From the NCBI GenBank assembly GCA_040954595.2, contig CM082593.2, forward strand, positions 10,987,477-11,051,476: a stretch of 64,000 bases of DNA. Direction: 5' to 3'. Origin of the DNA: Balanoglossus misakiensis. Lineage: Eukaryota > Animalia > Hemichordata. Numbering within the stretch: position 1 is the stretch's first letter; every line of letters begins with the position of its first letter. Below the pieces are notes generated by a model. That model did no database searches. It was not told the origin of the DNA and saw nothing but the letters and a program-made list of their open reading frames with translations. Of the stretch, positions 40,541 through 53,496 are shown in pieces. A program made the position numbers and the translations under genes.

Positions 40541-43500
40541 TTAGGTACATGCGAAAGTTTTTGACAAGATAGATAAGTTGTAAAATATGTACATGAACCT
40601 GACAATTGACTTAAAATAACATAAGGCAGACTTGATACTTATCGGAGATAGATACTAATAACAACAGTGATGTTAATTACACCGGGAATGTTTGTCTTAT
40701 TATAGCTACATGTAAAAGACTGCTTGAGGTAATGTAATTAAAGTGACCACTTGCGATTCACCTTCAAAGTGCTATGCAAGTCTACGGTACATTGTTTTTC
40801 CAATGATTGGACAAAGATTATTCATAATGTGTAATTAAGGCTGGATAGCATTTTCAATGTAATAAGCCCTGCCTTCACTATAATCTTACGCCAAATCAAC
40901 ATTGTTCAATTTATGTTAATAATTTCACTAAGGGATACTTGTTACATCAAATTTCCCAGCAAGGGGTGTCAGATTATTGGGCAAGTGGCATGCATGACAC
41001 TAGACGATACTTTTGGAAGCAAAGCGGACAGAACACGGCTGGATATAGACTAGGTAATTCTGAATGTGACCATGAACTGTACCACAGACTCTGTATTGTA
41101 TGTTTCTGAAGAATCCCATTTAACCCAGACATCAACATACTTCAACCTTGTAAGAAGTAGAACATACATGATTTACTAGTAAATATTTGCTAGGTTATTA
41201 CACACTTTGGATTACACAAAAATAGGTGTGTACACCGCTGTGACATTGCCAAGCAGATATGACCTACCAGGTAACCTAATACAATTTCACAGGAATCGGA
41301 GTATTTTCAGTGAAAACAACATTTCTTCAACAATGACAAAAACTGCCTCAACCACAAAAATTCAGATATCAACAAATCCAACAATATCTCACTTCAATCA
41401 CCACAAGGAACATGCCTACCAAAATTGAAAGCAATTTGACATGCGGTTTCAAAGAATACAAATTGCAAAAATTGCCTCAAGACCACAAATATGCAAATTT
41501 CACCAAAATGATATACAACATTACTTGGGTTACCTCATGGAACAAGCAAACCAAAATTTAAATGCAACCTGACCTGACATGGAGTTTCAGAGAAAATGAT
41601 GTTTGACCAAAAATGACAAAATTACATTTCCCAAAAATTACAAATTTTGCCACAATTTAAACAATACTAACAAAGATTACCTATAGGAAATAGCTTACTA
41701 AATTCTAGATACAATTCACGATATTAGCTGAAAGTATATCAGGCGTGACATAAGCTACATGCATACAAATGTTCAAAGCAATCTGACCAGTTGTTGAGTT
41801 TCTGAGTTTTGATCAATTTCACATTGCTCCAGGTAATTAGCATATTTCATTTGAACAGGCGTGCCTGCATCTAAAAACCTAATATCAAGACTTACCACAC
41901 AGACTCTGTATTGTATGTTTCTGGAGTAATCAAATAAAACCAATCATGAAAATACTTCAACCTTCTTAATATGAACAAAATCCTATTTACAGGCTGGCCT
42001 ACATCTACACACCAAATATCAAGGGGATACGCGAAGGGGTTTTCAAGTTTTTGATGTGGACAGACATACATACATCCATACATACTACATACACACATAC
42101 AGAGGCAACTGACTGGTCAGAAGGCATGAGCAAAAATGCAGGAAATCAATGTTGTGACACTGGTAGTAGGCCTTAATGTATACAATATCAAGACAGTTTA
42201 TTTAACATGAAGTTTGATATGTTCATAATCATTCAGAGCTAAGCATATTTTGAAATTGTAAAATTAATATCAATCACATGAAAACTGACAGCATGCTTTC
42301 ATTTGGGAATTTAGGTATTGTAATTAACACTAACAGTCATGAAACTATTGAATCGTCAATAAAATCATACAGTAGAAATTAATGGGTTTTCTATTTATAT
42401 GCGATGTGAAAATGCAACTTGTGGTCCTTCGGCCAGTAAGAGGCATCAGATAATATTGTAAGACCCAGTTGCCCAATTGATTAGACCTACATGTATGCGC
42501 TGTGTGAAGCGCAAGTTATGGCAACTGAATTCACAGGACACTGAAGAAAGTGGAATCACTCAAGGTACATATGTATACATGTAGGCTAACAATCACAACA
42601 CAGAGAATAGTTCTCCATATTCATTTTTAATACGATAAGATTCACTGAATTGGCGCATCCATGGGCAGGCAAGGTTAGTTCCAACTCAGTTTGCAAATCA
42701 GGCCCATGTATCTTGTTCCCTGAGACTGTCTGCTTCTAATAATAGCTGTAAGAACATAATCGTTGACCGAATGGTTGGTTCAATTTTGCGACATTTTATG
42801 ATTTCAAGCTGTGCAATATTTGCAACTCAGTTTCAACTTTGGTTGGAGGGATGATGATGAAGCAATTTCACTGACAAAATAGCACTACTAACTGACGTCA
42901 ATATTTGTTCAAAGTTAAATGCATTGCCATCAGAAAAATGTTTACGAAAAGTTTCGTATGTGAATAATAACACTTTTTCGCATAACTGCAAACCCTGTCA
43001 CAGTTGTGAAATTCTAAGAAAATTCATTCATTAGGTAGAATTCGTGCTTTATGAATTCTTAAACAAACTTAGTCATGAAACCTAAATGGTTACCTTACAC
43101 ATGTGGAGGCTCGACTTCTGTGATATGATAGTCTTTAATTAATGTGTATGTGATTCCATACAAATCCATATGATTACCTGAACATACAAAATAAATTAAA
43201 AATAAATACATAAATTAAAAATAAATAAGTATCTCATACATATGCATAAGTGCTTGTGAGAAATATATCATATATCTAAATAAACCTGTCATTTATTGAC
43301 CTCATTTTCCCAGTAAACCAAAGGACTAAATTGCACTTTAATATTACAGCTTCATTTCAATGCAACAGGTACACTACATCATAAGGGAACAAATATGCCA
43401 GCTCAACATTTATATAAACAGTGTCAAAATATAAGTGGCTACAAAAGCTTGTGTCCCTTCAATCCATTCTCCCACTCAGGTCAAACGTGTTACATATTAA

Positions 43501-43819
43501 AATTGCAATGTGCATAATATACAATTAGTCTTTTGTAAATTCAGACTGAGAAAATATGACTGATAAACATTATCTGGCACATGTTGGTGAATGGCTGGCG
43601 TTGATGTTGTGGGTTGAAATCCGAACTATGATTATCGCGGGTACAAATCACATTTATTTTCTCAGAGACAACACGTTTGCAACTTCGGGACAGAAAGGTG
43701 AAAACGAACGTCATTAGTTCTTGGGAAAAAACTCTGAAATCAATTTCGGTGAGGTCAAATGTGTTCCAAAGGCAAACCGTTTCTGGTAAACAAATCAATG
43801 GCAAATAGTTACTTCGGCG

Positions 43820-44017
43820 ACTTACCAATCAATCAACATGGCTGCCAAATCGTTGGATATCCCGGTTTCATCTCGCGATCATTCTATCTTCCGATATGGC
43901 GTTGCTTGGTTAAATTCGTCTCTTCTTTGCCGACATAGTCGGGCGACAGCGGTCCAGAAGCATATACAGCGACGCCATCTTGTTTACAATGTGAAGTATC
44001 AACTGCGCATGCTCAAT
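43820..44017 (-). promoter_or_regulatory. Promoter/first-exon-like segment at the inner end of the left arm
   Basis: Minus strand: NRF1-like GCATGCGCA, YY1-like CAAGATGGCG, CpG-rich, ending in a G|GTAAGT donor. Confidence 0.5.
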
Positions 44018-45089
44018 GGTTGTTGATTGGAAAGTGGGCAGAGCCTGCAAGATCCAGGGTTCGCTTGACCGGCCAAACGCGGTTATTCTCCCTGGACCAA
44101 ATCATTTAAGCGTCAGGCGTAATACATCACATAATTGACTGGAAAACTAAACAGTCTTCCACCTATATATCAACACAGTTTATTAAACCAGCACCCGCGC
44201 AAATATTTACAAGTATATGATTAAAATTGATCAAATCATTAATCGCACGGTTACAGCTGTCATAGTTTCTAATAATATTATTCACTGGTAGCGCTGACAT
44301 ACCATGTTGAAACTTGTCGCGGAAAACAAGATAATTGATCTTACGGTGTCATTTGTTTTTAAAAAGTGCTTAATAACTATTGATCCCATTGATATATTTT
44401 TCCATATTTATATATTTTTCGCAAAGTTTGACTGCTTGGGCTACTAATAGCATGGTAATCACAATGGATTTACCACCTCCCAGCTGCGTTATAAAAGAAT
44501 GCCTATTCTGTGGACACTAGCCTCATCGAAGACCGAACGTGTTCATCGATGTTTCCATTCATGACGAATCCAATGCAGGCGTCGCAGTCATTCTGGCTTT
44601 CACGCTGTGGGCACCTCTGGTGACAGCAATTCCCAACAAGTTGCGGGTAAGTAATCACACAACCTATATGAGTGAAAGTTTCTTGTCATTTTCGCAACGT
44701 CAAGGTTGATATTCTCTTCTTGGATCGAAAATGTGTGACACAACAAATGAATATGCGTGGCAGGGTCGGCTGTGTCTTTTGCTTCGAGGCATAGTCGTCA
44801 GACACACATCCCTAACACGCGAAGCCAGCTTATCCTTTGATCAAATGGCAGCGCTATTCTAAATATTTTACAGCATGCCCTAAAGGACAAACACGTGCCG
44901 CTGGAAGAGGCCAAAACTCAGCAGAGACGGCAAGATGTTAACGGAGGTGAGCCCCAACAATAAATTAATATTGTTCCTTTTATTTAGAAAACGCCGCATA
45001 ATTAGCCAACCAATCATGGTTATGAGAAACCTCCAAAATACAATGTATCGATATTTACTGCATCTGTTCATACTTCGCCCGCGCTTTAA

Positions 45090-45454
45090 AAACCCTATAG
45101 CTGCTAAAATTGGCATATTTTTTTCCAGAGTAAAATACTTCATATGTATATTCCCTATTCCCTAAAATCTTCACCCGTGACCATTAAGCCATATTACTTG
45201 CATTTGCATTGGTTTGTCATCACTTGGCGTCGCATTTCACGATAGCTGCTTAGCTGCTATTGTTTGTATGAAGGCTGATTAAATCGGTGAGGCACCGTTT
45301 TAATACATAGCATGTTCCAATTGCAACATGCAGTCACAATCGGGCATCGATAAGATGTTTATGTATACCTATCAGTAAGCTTATTTTGATGAACCAATTT
45401 AAGTTGGAAAATAAAATCATGAAAATAATGCAAAAAGTGGCAGCTTTGGAGGCT
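45090..45454. mobile_element. Degenerate TTAA-flanked non-autonomous DNA element; relatives at ~38760-39045 and ~56870-57195
   Basis: TTAA at 45086 and 45455, imperfect TIRs (..AGCTGC / GCAGCT..), shared internal AAGCCATATTACTTG block. Confidence 0.4.
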
Positions 45455-45488
45455 TTAAACTACAGTTCTCCCAAATTGTCTTGACTAA

Positions 45489-45639
45489 ATGACATACATG
45501 TGGTCAAAAGTTCTGACTGCAGAAGAGGTTGCAGCTGTGGCGGGGGACTGTTCAATTGGAGGAAATATATTTACATGGAATACAGACAATATTGAAATGG
45601 CAGCAGAAATAGTTCCTACTGAAAAGAATGCTATCTGCA
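45489..45639 (+). pseudogene. Pentraxin/LamG-like domain C-terminal exon fragment; possible terminal exon at 46665-46708
   Basis: YMWSKVLTAEEVAAVAGDCSIGGNIFTWNTDNIEM...C fits the pentraxin W...L...EI......C...GN...W pattern. Donor A|gtgagt is in phase 1, and a compatible acceptor cctatag|AA TCT... gives KSTDLVAVNNNSTP*. The rest of the domain is missing. Confidence 0.65.
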
Positions 45640-46519
45640 GTGAGTATCACAACTTTAAAATGAAAGATTTTGCAAATTTAAAAAAAATATTGAGTGTTTT
45701 GACATGCGTCAGTGGTCAGTAACACACAAGCTGCATGATAAGAGGGTCACGAGAAATTGTAAGCCGCAATGTATAATGGATTAACTCCATGACCTATGCG
45801 ACCTACGAACTGTGACGTACAGAATTTATTTCTACGTGTAATGCGGTCTGCGGCAGTGAGCCACAGACCGCATTGCGAGAGCAGTGAGAATTCACCACAA
45901 TGCAAACTTTCTGAACGTAGGTTGATCTTCGAATGAAATATTACCTTGTCACCGGTTTTCCACATTGCTACACTGTAAAATTGGGTGACGTGTTCGTTCA
46001 CAAGTGGAATAATTGTGAGTAGTAAAGCACGCGAAGTTAAGCAACGAGCACGTTTTGAAATGCGCGCAGATGATCCCAGTTTAGCAAATTCCATTGCGTG
46101 CATGCAAAAAAAATAATACTGTACCGGGGGTGAGCCTACTTTCTTTCCATACAGATACACGTATATGTTGGTTAAGGTATGTGACAAACAGTTTTCATGT
46201 AACAGCCAGTGATGCTGACCATAAAACCAGCGCAGCTGATGCTTTCATCTACAATTTGCAACATGGACGTTTGTGTCTCTGCATGTGTCGTGCATGTTAC
46301 TGCTGAACAAAAAAGATATGCGGGCACCACAGGCTGGCGAAAGCGGTGCTCACGTGCTCTGCAAGCTGATGTTGTCACTAAATTGGCAAAGTATTGTACA
46401 CATGGAGGAGTTTCTTGAGCTGTCTGTTGTATAAATGTCGGTTGTGAGTACATTATTTTTTATTTTATTTTAATAATTTTCAAAGCCCCTATGATTGAAG
46501 CATATTATTACGACTCATC

Positions 46520-46580
46520 CGTTCATCATTCATTCATTCATTCATTCATTCATTCATTCATTCATTCATCCATTCAGTCA
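46520..46580. repeat. (TTCA)n microsatellite
   Basis: Direct reading. Confidence 0.95.
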
Positions 46581-49069
46581 GTCACTGTACCAATTGAAGA
46601 CGCCCTTGTATAGGAGAATTTAGCTATGTACTGACTGTCTTTTCATTTTTTCTTCATCCTATAGAATCTACCGACCTGGTCGCTGTCAATAACAATTCAA
46701 CTCCTTAAACATCCTGTGTGTGTGAAGTCTATGAACACTGGCCATGCATTTCAATTCAAGGACAAAATGAATGCGCAATATTTCGTTTTATCGAGAGTAA
46801 TGTGCGGTGATTAAATTTGCTAGGGCTCTCTTAGCAGATTTGGAGTTAGTCATTTTGGTAGAAACTTTTCGAGATGGGAAATCTTTGGTCATCTAACCAA
46901 GTTATTTGTATTTTTGTTATATAAGACAGAGGCATTTCTATATCATAGATGCAAGTTTAATTTATAACATGAATTTGAATAAAATATTTTTTTTTAAATA
47001 TCACCACATGAATTTGAATAAAATATTTTTTTTTAAATATCACCAGATTGAAATCTTTGGAAGTTTGCACTTAGAGGGATGGCATGGCAGTTTTCCACTG
47101 TTCATATTACAAAGAATTTGGCGTCACGTGTAGATTTCATGAGTGTTCGAGTTTTGCTCTTCCCAGCCTCGTACCCACAATCCTCTGATACTTACACTTA
47201 CGTCAGTTCTATAGCCGCTGACCCACTAGATTTTCCTTATGAATTGCCCAAATTATTTGTTGGTATAGTTTTGATAGTTGGTGCACAGAAACTTTTGATC
47301 GATTCACGAAATTCAAAATATGTTACATCACAAACCTCATAAAATGGAGGCTAGAGTAGCCTGTTTGTTTTCAGGTAATTTTACAATTACCTCAATTACC
47401 TTTTTTCGAGGGGGGGGGTTAAGAAAACATACAGATTGAAATAACAAGGAAGTGGTATATCAAACCGAAACCTTATCTCAATCGTGATTCTAGAGTGTTT
47501 CCATGTCATGTGACATCCACAAAAATGTGGTATTATCTTGAAAAGAGTCCCGATTTCCCAAACTGGTTTTGCGAATGTATTTCACTTTGGAGCAATGCAT
47601 GAGTACATTCGTAGAAAGATATTGCTCCACTATTTACTGACACTCCTCTTGTACTGCAAATATTACTGCATTCTGTCAGGGCAAGACAAAAGACACAGCA
47701 GAACTGCCAGAATTAAAACAGACAACTGGCAATTTCAATAAACATGTAATAACAAATATATGTAACATTGAATGAGGTGTCCATACAGCTTGGTCATTTA
47801 AAGACCTCCAGTCATTGTGACAATGCATAAATATATATGTACACCATGTTAAAAATTAGTTCAGGCATACCTTATACATGTATGTTTTTGACTGACCATA
47901 TCCTCAGCACGCCCTTTTTTTCAAAAAGACTATCATTATTCTCTGCCAGGCAGAGAGTTGCCGCTTTCTTGTTAACAATAATATACTATTATAACATTGC
48001 ATAGATTCCTGTTTGTTTCTGTCCATATCTCACAAACTGTGGTGTGCATACTGTTGAAATGACCTCAAGAAGAAAATGCCAAATGGAAAAATATTTGACA
48101 TACTAACCTGTATGATAATGTTATACGGTACAATATATTTAACGGTTCCAATCCAATGTTGAGAACTAACAAAACAATTTGAGCAGAATTCATTTAAAAT
48201 TAATTGCAGTTCCGTTTCACCGCATTTCATAGGATGCTGGCTAAAATTCATACTATGGTGGATTACCTGTTATGCATTTCTTTCCCTATTTCGTCTGGCA
48301 GATTTGAGTTTGACAAGCTGTCATTTTCCTTTCAGCTCCGCAAAATTGATGGATTTACTTTGACAGCACACAGACTGTCCATTTGTCATCGGAGATACAA
48401 GCAGCATCAGGTGCTGAACAGCTTGCAGCAGTGTTGGAAAAGAGTACACAACACTAACTTGCAAGAGTGCTTTGGCCCTTTCTTCACACTGTCCGAAACT
48501 TGTTGTGTTACATCATTGCTTAATGAATAAGAAATACACAGGTATTTAGCGTTCTATTCAATACCTACAATAGATAAAAGGGTGTCGGTCTGTATGCGAC
48601 AATCTTCAATGTTCTTATGAGCACAAGGCTTTATTCAGGGAACGTTTTACAGTAAGAATTATATGATATAAACTGAATAAGTTTGTTGTCTGTCAACTCT
48701 TCTGTCTTTGTCTTACCGATACGGTTCTAACCGCGAACACTGAGGCTTCTCTGCTCGTACACAGTATAAATCAATGGATGATAAAATGCGCCCTCTTTTG
48801 GTGAACTCTTCCTACCGCCCGACCTTCTACCTTACATTAAGGCATGTAGGGCGGTCAGGTAGATGGCAGTGTATTGCAAGCGTCTCTTGCATATTTTTTT
48901 CCGCCAGGAATGGCATACATTCGTTTTTGGCGACACCACAACTGCTGGAACTTCTCGAAAAATTGAGAGCCGGATTTCATAAATGCTCATGTTTTCCGAA
49001 GGGCTGAAAGAAGATCCAGAGTGGAATATTTAAATTTGCCTGTGGCAGACATCATAGTGGCTGCCAGTT

Positions 49070-49236
49070 ATTCTATTTCTTGTGCAAGAGATAGTATCTT
49101 GTTCCAGCGAGATGTTTTCTCGTGTGCACGAGAAACATGCTATCTCGTGCATATCTCGTGCGCACGAGAAAATTGCGAGCGCACTCGTGTTCACGAGAAA
49201 ATATCACATGCACACGTAAGTCGTGCGCACGAGATA
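49070..49236. repeat. Cluster of palindromic TCTCGTGYGCACGAGA-type subrepeats
   Basis: CTCGTGTGCACGAG 49119, CTCGTGCGCACGAG 49155, CTCGTGTTCACGAG 49184, TCGTGCGCACGAG 49221. Typical of DNA-transposon subterminal arrays (inference). Confidence 0.7.
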
Positions 49237-50304
49237 AAAAAATGTGCCCTGTAGTCTTTCTTAGGACATGGTAGTGTGACGTCGCATTGTAATTAACGGA
49301 CGATCTTGGAAATTCGGCTATTAATGGTGAATGGACTTTCGCCTCCTTCGAACAACAACAGAGACTGACGTCGCAACAATGACAGAAAAAGTGAAGCAAA
49401 TGGCCGACAAAACGAAGAGAATCGGAAAACGGGCAGGATCCTCGGCACAGACATCTGGGAATAATACCACCACATCAAATAGAACGACGAGTAGTGCAGG
49501 ACAAACCGCCACCAGTGACTATGACAACAAGTCTGAAGGCGATGCTGGCGAACCCTTGCACAATACAACTACAGTCCTACAGAGAAATGCAGCCCAGCGC
49601 CACTCAAGATTTTCCATTCCTGGTCTGGCAGCAGCCAAAATATGCTGTTGTTTTTTCTCTTAGAAGCGACCTCAGTCTGAGCTGCATGAGAATAAACTGT
49701 AGGTTGGGAATACAACAAAAAAACACGCAGTCGCTGCGGTCAACACGTAGCTATTAGTTTCGGTTTTATGTTCGCTACAGCTCGGAAACCAAAATGTGGT
49801 ACAACTTCAAGCTACATAAACTGGAAAGCATAGTACGTGCAGAGCAGACCATGGTGACGAAAGCAGGTATTCTAGGTCGTAAGATAAAAACACGGCGCTA
49901 GAAAAACAGTCATCAAAAGTTGCACGTGTTCCCCGGCCACAAATAATGTAATTGTTGGCGCACAGAAAGTCCAGTCGATAAACGTTTACGCTATAGAAAC
50001 TCACTCTCTCAGCAAAAGTCTGACACCCTCGTCAATGACAAAACGCAAACCGAGCTGGGTATGATCAAGTCAAACATAGGGCCAATCCCCACTCTATGTT
50101 TTATTATTTTCCACATACGATGGTTCTAAATAAAAATGTACCTATTTGAAATGCTTACCGAGGTAAGATCATTGAAAGTTTTCAAACGTTGATGACAAAT
50201 GTATAACTGATTTTTTTACAAATGAATAATCGCGCACTTGCATGTTATTTTCTCTATACCAGACACCGCGCGCGCGCCGTTGGCAAAAAAAAACGCGGAA
50301 AATT

Positions 50305-50502
50305 ATTGAGCATGCGCAGTCGATACTTCACATTGTAAACAAGATGGCGTCGCTGCCTATGCTTCTGGACCGCTGTCGCCTGACTATGTCGGCAAAGAAG
50401 AGACGAATTTAACCATGCAACGCCATATCGGAAGACAGAATGATCGCGAGATGAAACCGGGCTATCCAACGATTAGGCAGCCATGTTGACTGATTGGTAT
50501 GT
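50305..50502 (+). promoter_or_regulatory. Promoter/first-exon-like segment at the inner end of the right arm
   Basis: GAGCATGCGCAGT (NRF1-like) 50308, CAAGATGGCG (YY1-like) 50340, short ORF MASLPMLLDRCRLTMSAKKRRI*, donor G|GTATGT at 50497. Confidence 0.5.
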
Positions 50503-51950
50503 CGCCGAAGTAATTATTTGCCATTGATTTGTTTACCAGAAACGGTTTGCCTTTGGAACACATTTGGCCTCACCGAAATTGATTTCAGAGGTTTTTTCCC
50601 AAAAACTAATGACGTTCGTCTTCACCTGAGTGCGAGGATGGATTGAAGGGACACAAGCTTTTGTAGCCACCAATATTTTGACACTCTTTATATCAATGTT
50701 GAGCTGGCATATTTGCTCCAATATGATGTAGTGTACCTGTTGCATTGAAATGAAGCTGTAATAATATTACAGTGCAATCTAGTCCTTTGGGTTAATAGGA
50801 AAACGAGGTCAATAAATGACAGGTTTATTTAAATACAGGATATATTTATCACAAGCACTTATGCATATGTATGAGATACTTATTTATTTTTAATTTATTT
50901 TTTATTTTTTATTTATTTTGTACGTTCAGGTAATCATATGGATTTGTATGGAATCACATACACATTAATTGAAGACTATCATATCACAGAAGTCGAGCCG
51001 CCAGATGTGTAAGGTAACCATTTAGGTTTCATGACTAAGTTTGTTTAAGAATTCATAAAGCTACCCAATGAATGAATTTCCTTAAAATTTCACAAATGTG
51101 ACAGAGTTTGCAGTTGTGCAAGAAAGTGTGTATTATTCACATAAGAATTTTTTCGTATGCATTTTTCTGATGGCAATGCATTTGACTGTAAACAAATATG
51201 GATGTCAGTTAGTAGTGCTATTTTGTCAGTGAAATGGCTTCATCATCATCCCTCCAACCAAAGTTGAAACAGAGTTGCAAATATTGCACAGCTTGAAATC
51301 ATAAAATGTTGCAAAATTGAACCAACCCTTTGGTCAACGATTATGTTCTTACAGCTATTATTAGAACCAGACAGTCTCAGGGAACAAGAGACATGGGCCT
51401 GATTTGCAAGTTGAGTTAGAACTGCCTTTGCCTGCCCACGGACGCCCCAATTTCAGCAAAAATTATTGCATTAAAATATGAGTATGGAGAACTATGCTCT
51501 GTGTTTCTTTTGTTAGCTTACATAGCTGTTGTCATTCTAGTTTTTCCTCCGTCCTGTGAGCAGAGTTTCAGTTGCGAAAACCGACAGTTCTCAAAGTACA
51601 AAAGTACACCTAAATTGCCTCGGTGATGAGCATGCAGAATTTATCTGATGCTTCTTACTGGCAGAAGGACCCCACCAGTTGCAGATTGTGAATTCCATGG
51701 CACAAGGGAATTTACGCTTTGCGTTCAAATATAAATAATTAAATCCTGTAAAATTATTCTATATGTTATTTATTGATGATTCAAAAGTGTTATGACTGAT
51801 TGTGTTAGAGTACCTGTATTCCATATAAGCATGCTGTCAGTGCACATCCGATTGATAACAATTTCACATTTTTAAAAATTTGCTTCTCTGAATAATTATG
51901 AATACATAAAACTTCATATGATATAAATTGTCCTGATTTGTAAACATTAA

Positions 51951-52405
51951 ACCCCGATGCGTGGTATAAAAGACCCCCCAAATCAGTGGCGAATCTTAAT
52001 GCCGTTTGACTGACAACAGACAACACCAACGATCTTGGCTCTAACGATCTTGGCTCTATGAAAATCGGCCCAAACAGATCCAAGCATAAAGAATTACACC
52101 ACACAACGACAGTGGTTGGCTTTATAAACACACACAACATAAAGTTATCGATGAAAAAGTACACGAGCTTTTGAAACAACGATGATTTTGGGAGAAATCT
52201 GGTTTCAGTGCTTTTCAGAAGCATCCCTGGGAAACAATAACCACGCCATTCAAACAGCTGTCAATCGCATAGAAGTGTAAAGTGTTCAATTATTTTCTAT
52301 GTACATGAGATCAATTACACAGTTATTATGCACGACGACCACTCCCAAATAAACAACTGTACAAACACACGTTAATCCGAACCCCAGTACTTTCCGCACC
52401 GGGGT
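51951..52405. mobile_element. TTAA-targeting MITE (piggyBac/Kolobok-type target), right arm only
   Basis: TTAA|ACCCCGATGCG...CGCACCGGGGT|TTAA. The left arm has an empty site with a single TTAA at ~42173. Confidence 0.85.
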
Positions 52406-52454
52406 TTAAGGCCTAATGCTAGTGTCACAACATTGATTACCAGACCGTTTCCCT

Positions 52455-52520
52455 ATGTATGTATGTATGTATGTATGTATGTATGCAGCCATGTATGCAT
52501 GTGTTTGTGTGTGTGTGTAC
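52455..52520. repeat. (TATG)n/(TG)n microsatellite
   Basis: Direct reading. Confidence 0.85.
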
Positions 52521-53496
52521 ATGTGTGTCTGCATGTTACATGTATATATGGATGTATGTCTGCCCTGATCCAAAACATGAAACCACGCTTTTTTTATTTT
52601 GGTGTGTAGATGGGATTTTGCTTAAATGAAGTTGTCATTGCAAAAATACGCAAATAACCTGTGAAATATGTGGAATTGATCAAAACTCAACAACTGGTTA
52701 GACTGCTTTGAACATTTGTATGCATGTAGGTAATGTCATCATACCTGATATACTTTGAGTTTATATCGTGAATTGTCTATTTTTTATGCAATTATTTTGT
52801 CTTGTTTTACCATTTGAAAAAAAATCTTTTCCTCTTAAAGAGATTGGCTGATTTCTTTAGAATTTAGTATGACACTTCCGGTAGGTGATCATAGTTGGTT
52901 TTGTTTAAATTGTCGCAGAATTTGTAATCTGTCATTTTTGGTCAAAATTCATTTTCTGAGAAACTCCTTAGATTGCTTTTAAATTTTGGTATGCTTGTTC
53001 CAAGAGGTAACCCAAGTAATGTTGTATATCATTTTGGTGAAATTTACATATTGTGGTCTTGGGGCAATTTTTGCAATTTGTATTCTTTGAAACTACTAGT
53101 CAGATTGCTTTCAACTTTGGTAGGCGTGGTGATTGAAGTAGATATTATACAATTTGTTGATAGTTGGATAGATGTGGTTTGAGGCAGTTTTTGTCATTGT
53201 TGAATGTTGTTTTCCCTAAAATACTTGTCTGGTTCCTTTGAAATGTTCTTACAGAAGGTCATATCTGCTTGCCAATGTCACATGATTTTTCCCATGAACA
53301 CAGACATACCTAATTTTGTGTAATCCCCAGATGGGACCACAGTGTGTAATAACCTGACCAACAGTGACTAGTATATCCTGTGTGTTATACAGTACTTCTC
53401 ACAAGGTTGAAGTACATGTAGACTGTTGATGATTTTTTGCGATTCTTCAGAAACTTACAATACAGAGTCTAATGTGGTAACGTCCATGGTCACATT

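Larger units (their letters stand above)
32847..44017 (-). repeat. Left arm of a large inverted duplication
   Basis: Colinear reverse-complement matches with 50305-60344, e.g. 32847 vs 60344, 39650-40230 vs 55740-56325, 43700-44017 vs 50305-50625. Confidence 0.95.

Noticed and set aside
43838-44026. ORF conserved in both arms (also 50254-50469)
   Set aside because: Similarity is explained by the duplication; splice and promoter signals point to the opposite strand.
46967-47044. 39-bp tandem duplication near the palindrome centre
   Set aside because: Real but a simple AT-rich slippage duplicate; no evidence that it marks the symmetry axis.
48030-48530. Exon-like or transposase-like stretches in the spacer
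   Set aside because: No consistent frame or recognisable motif.
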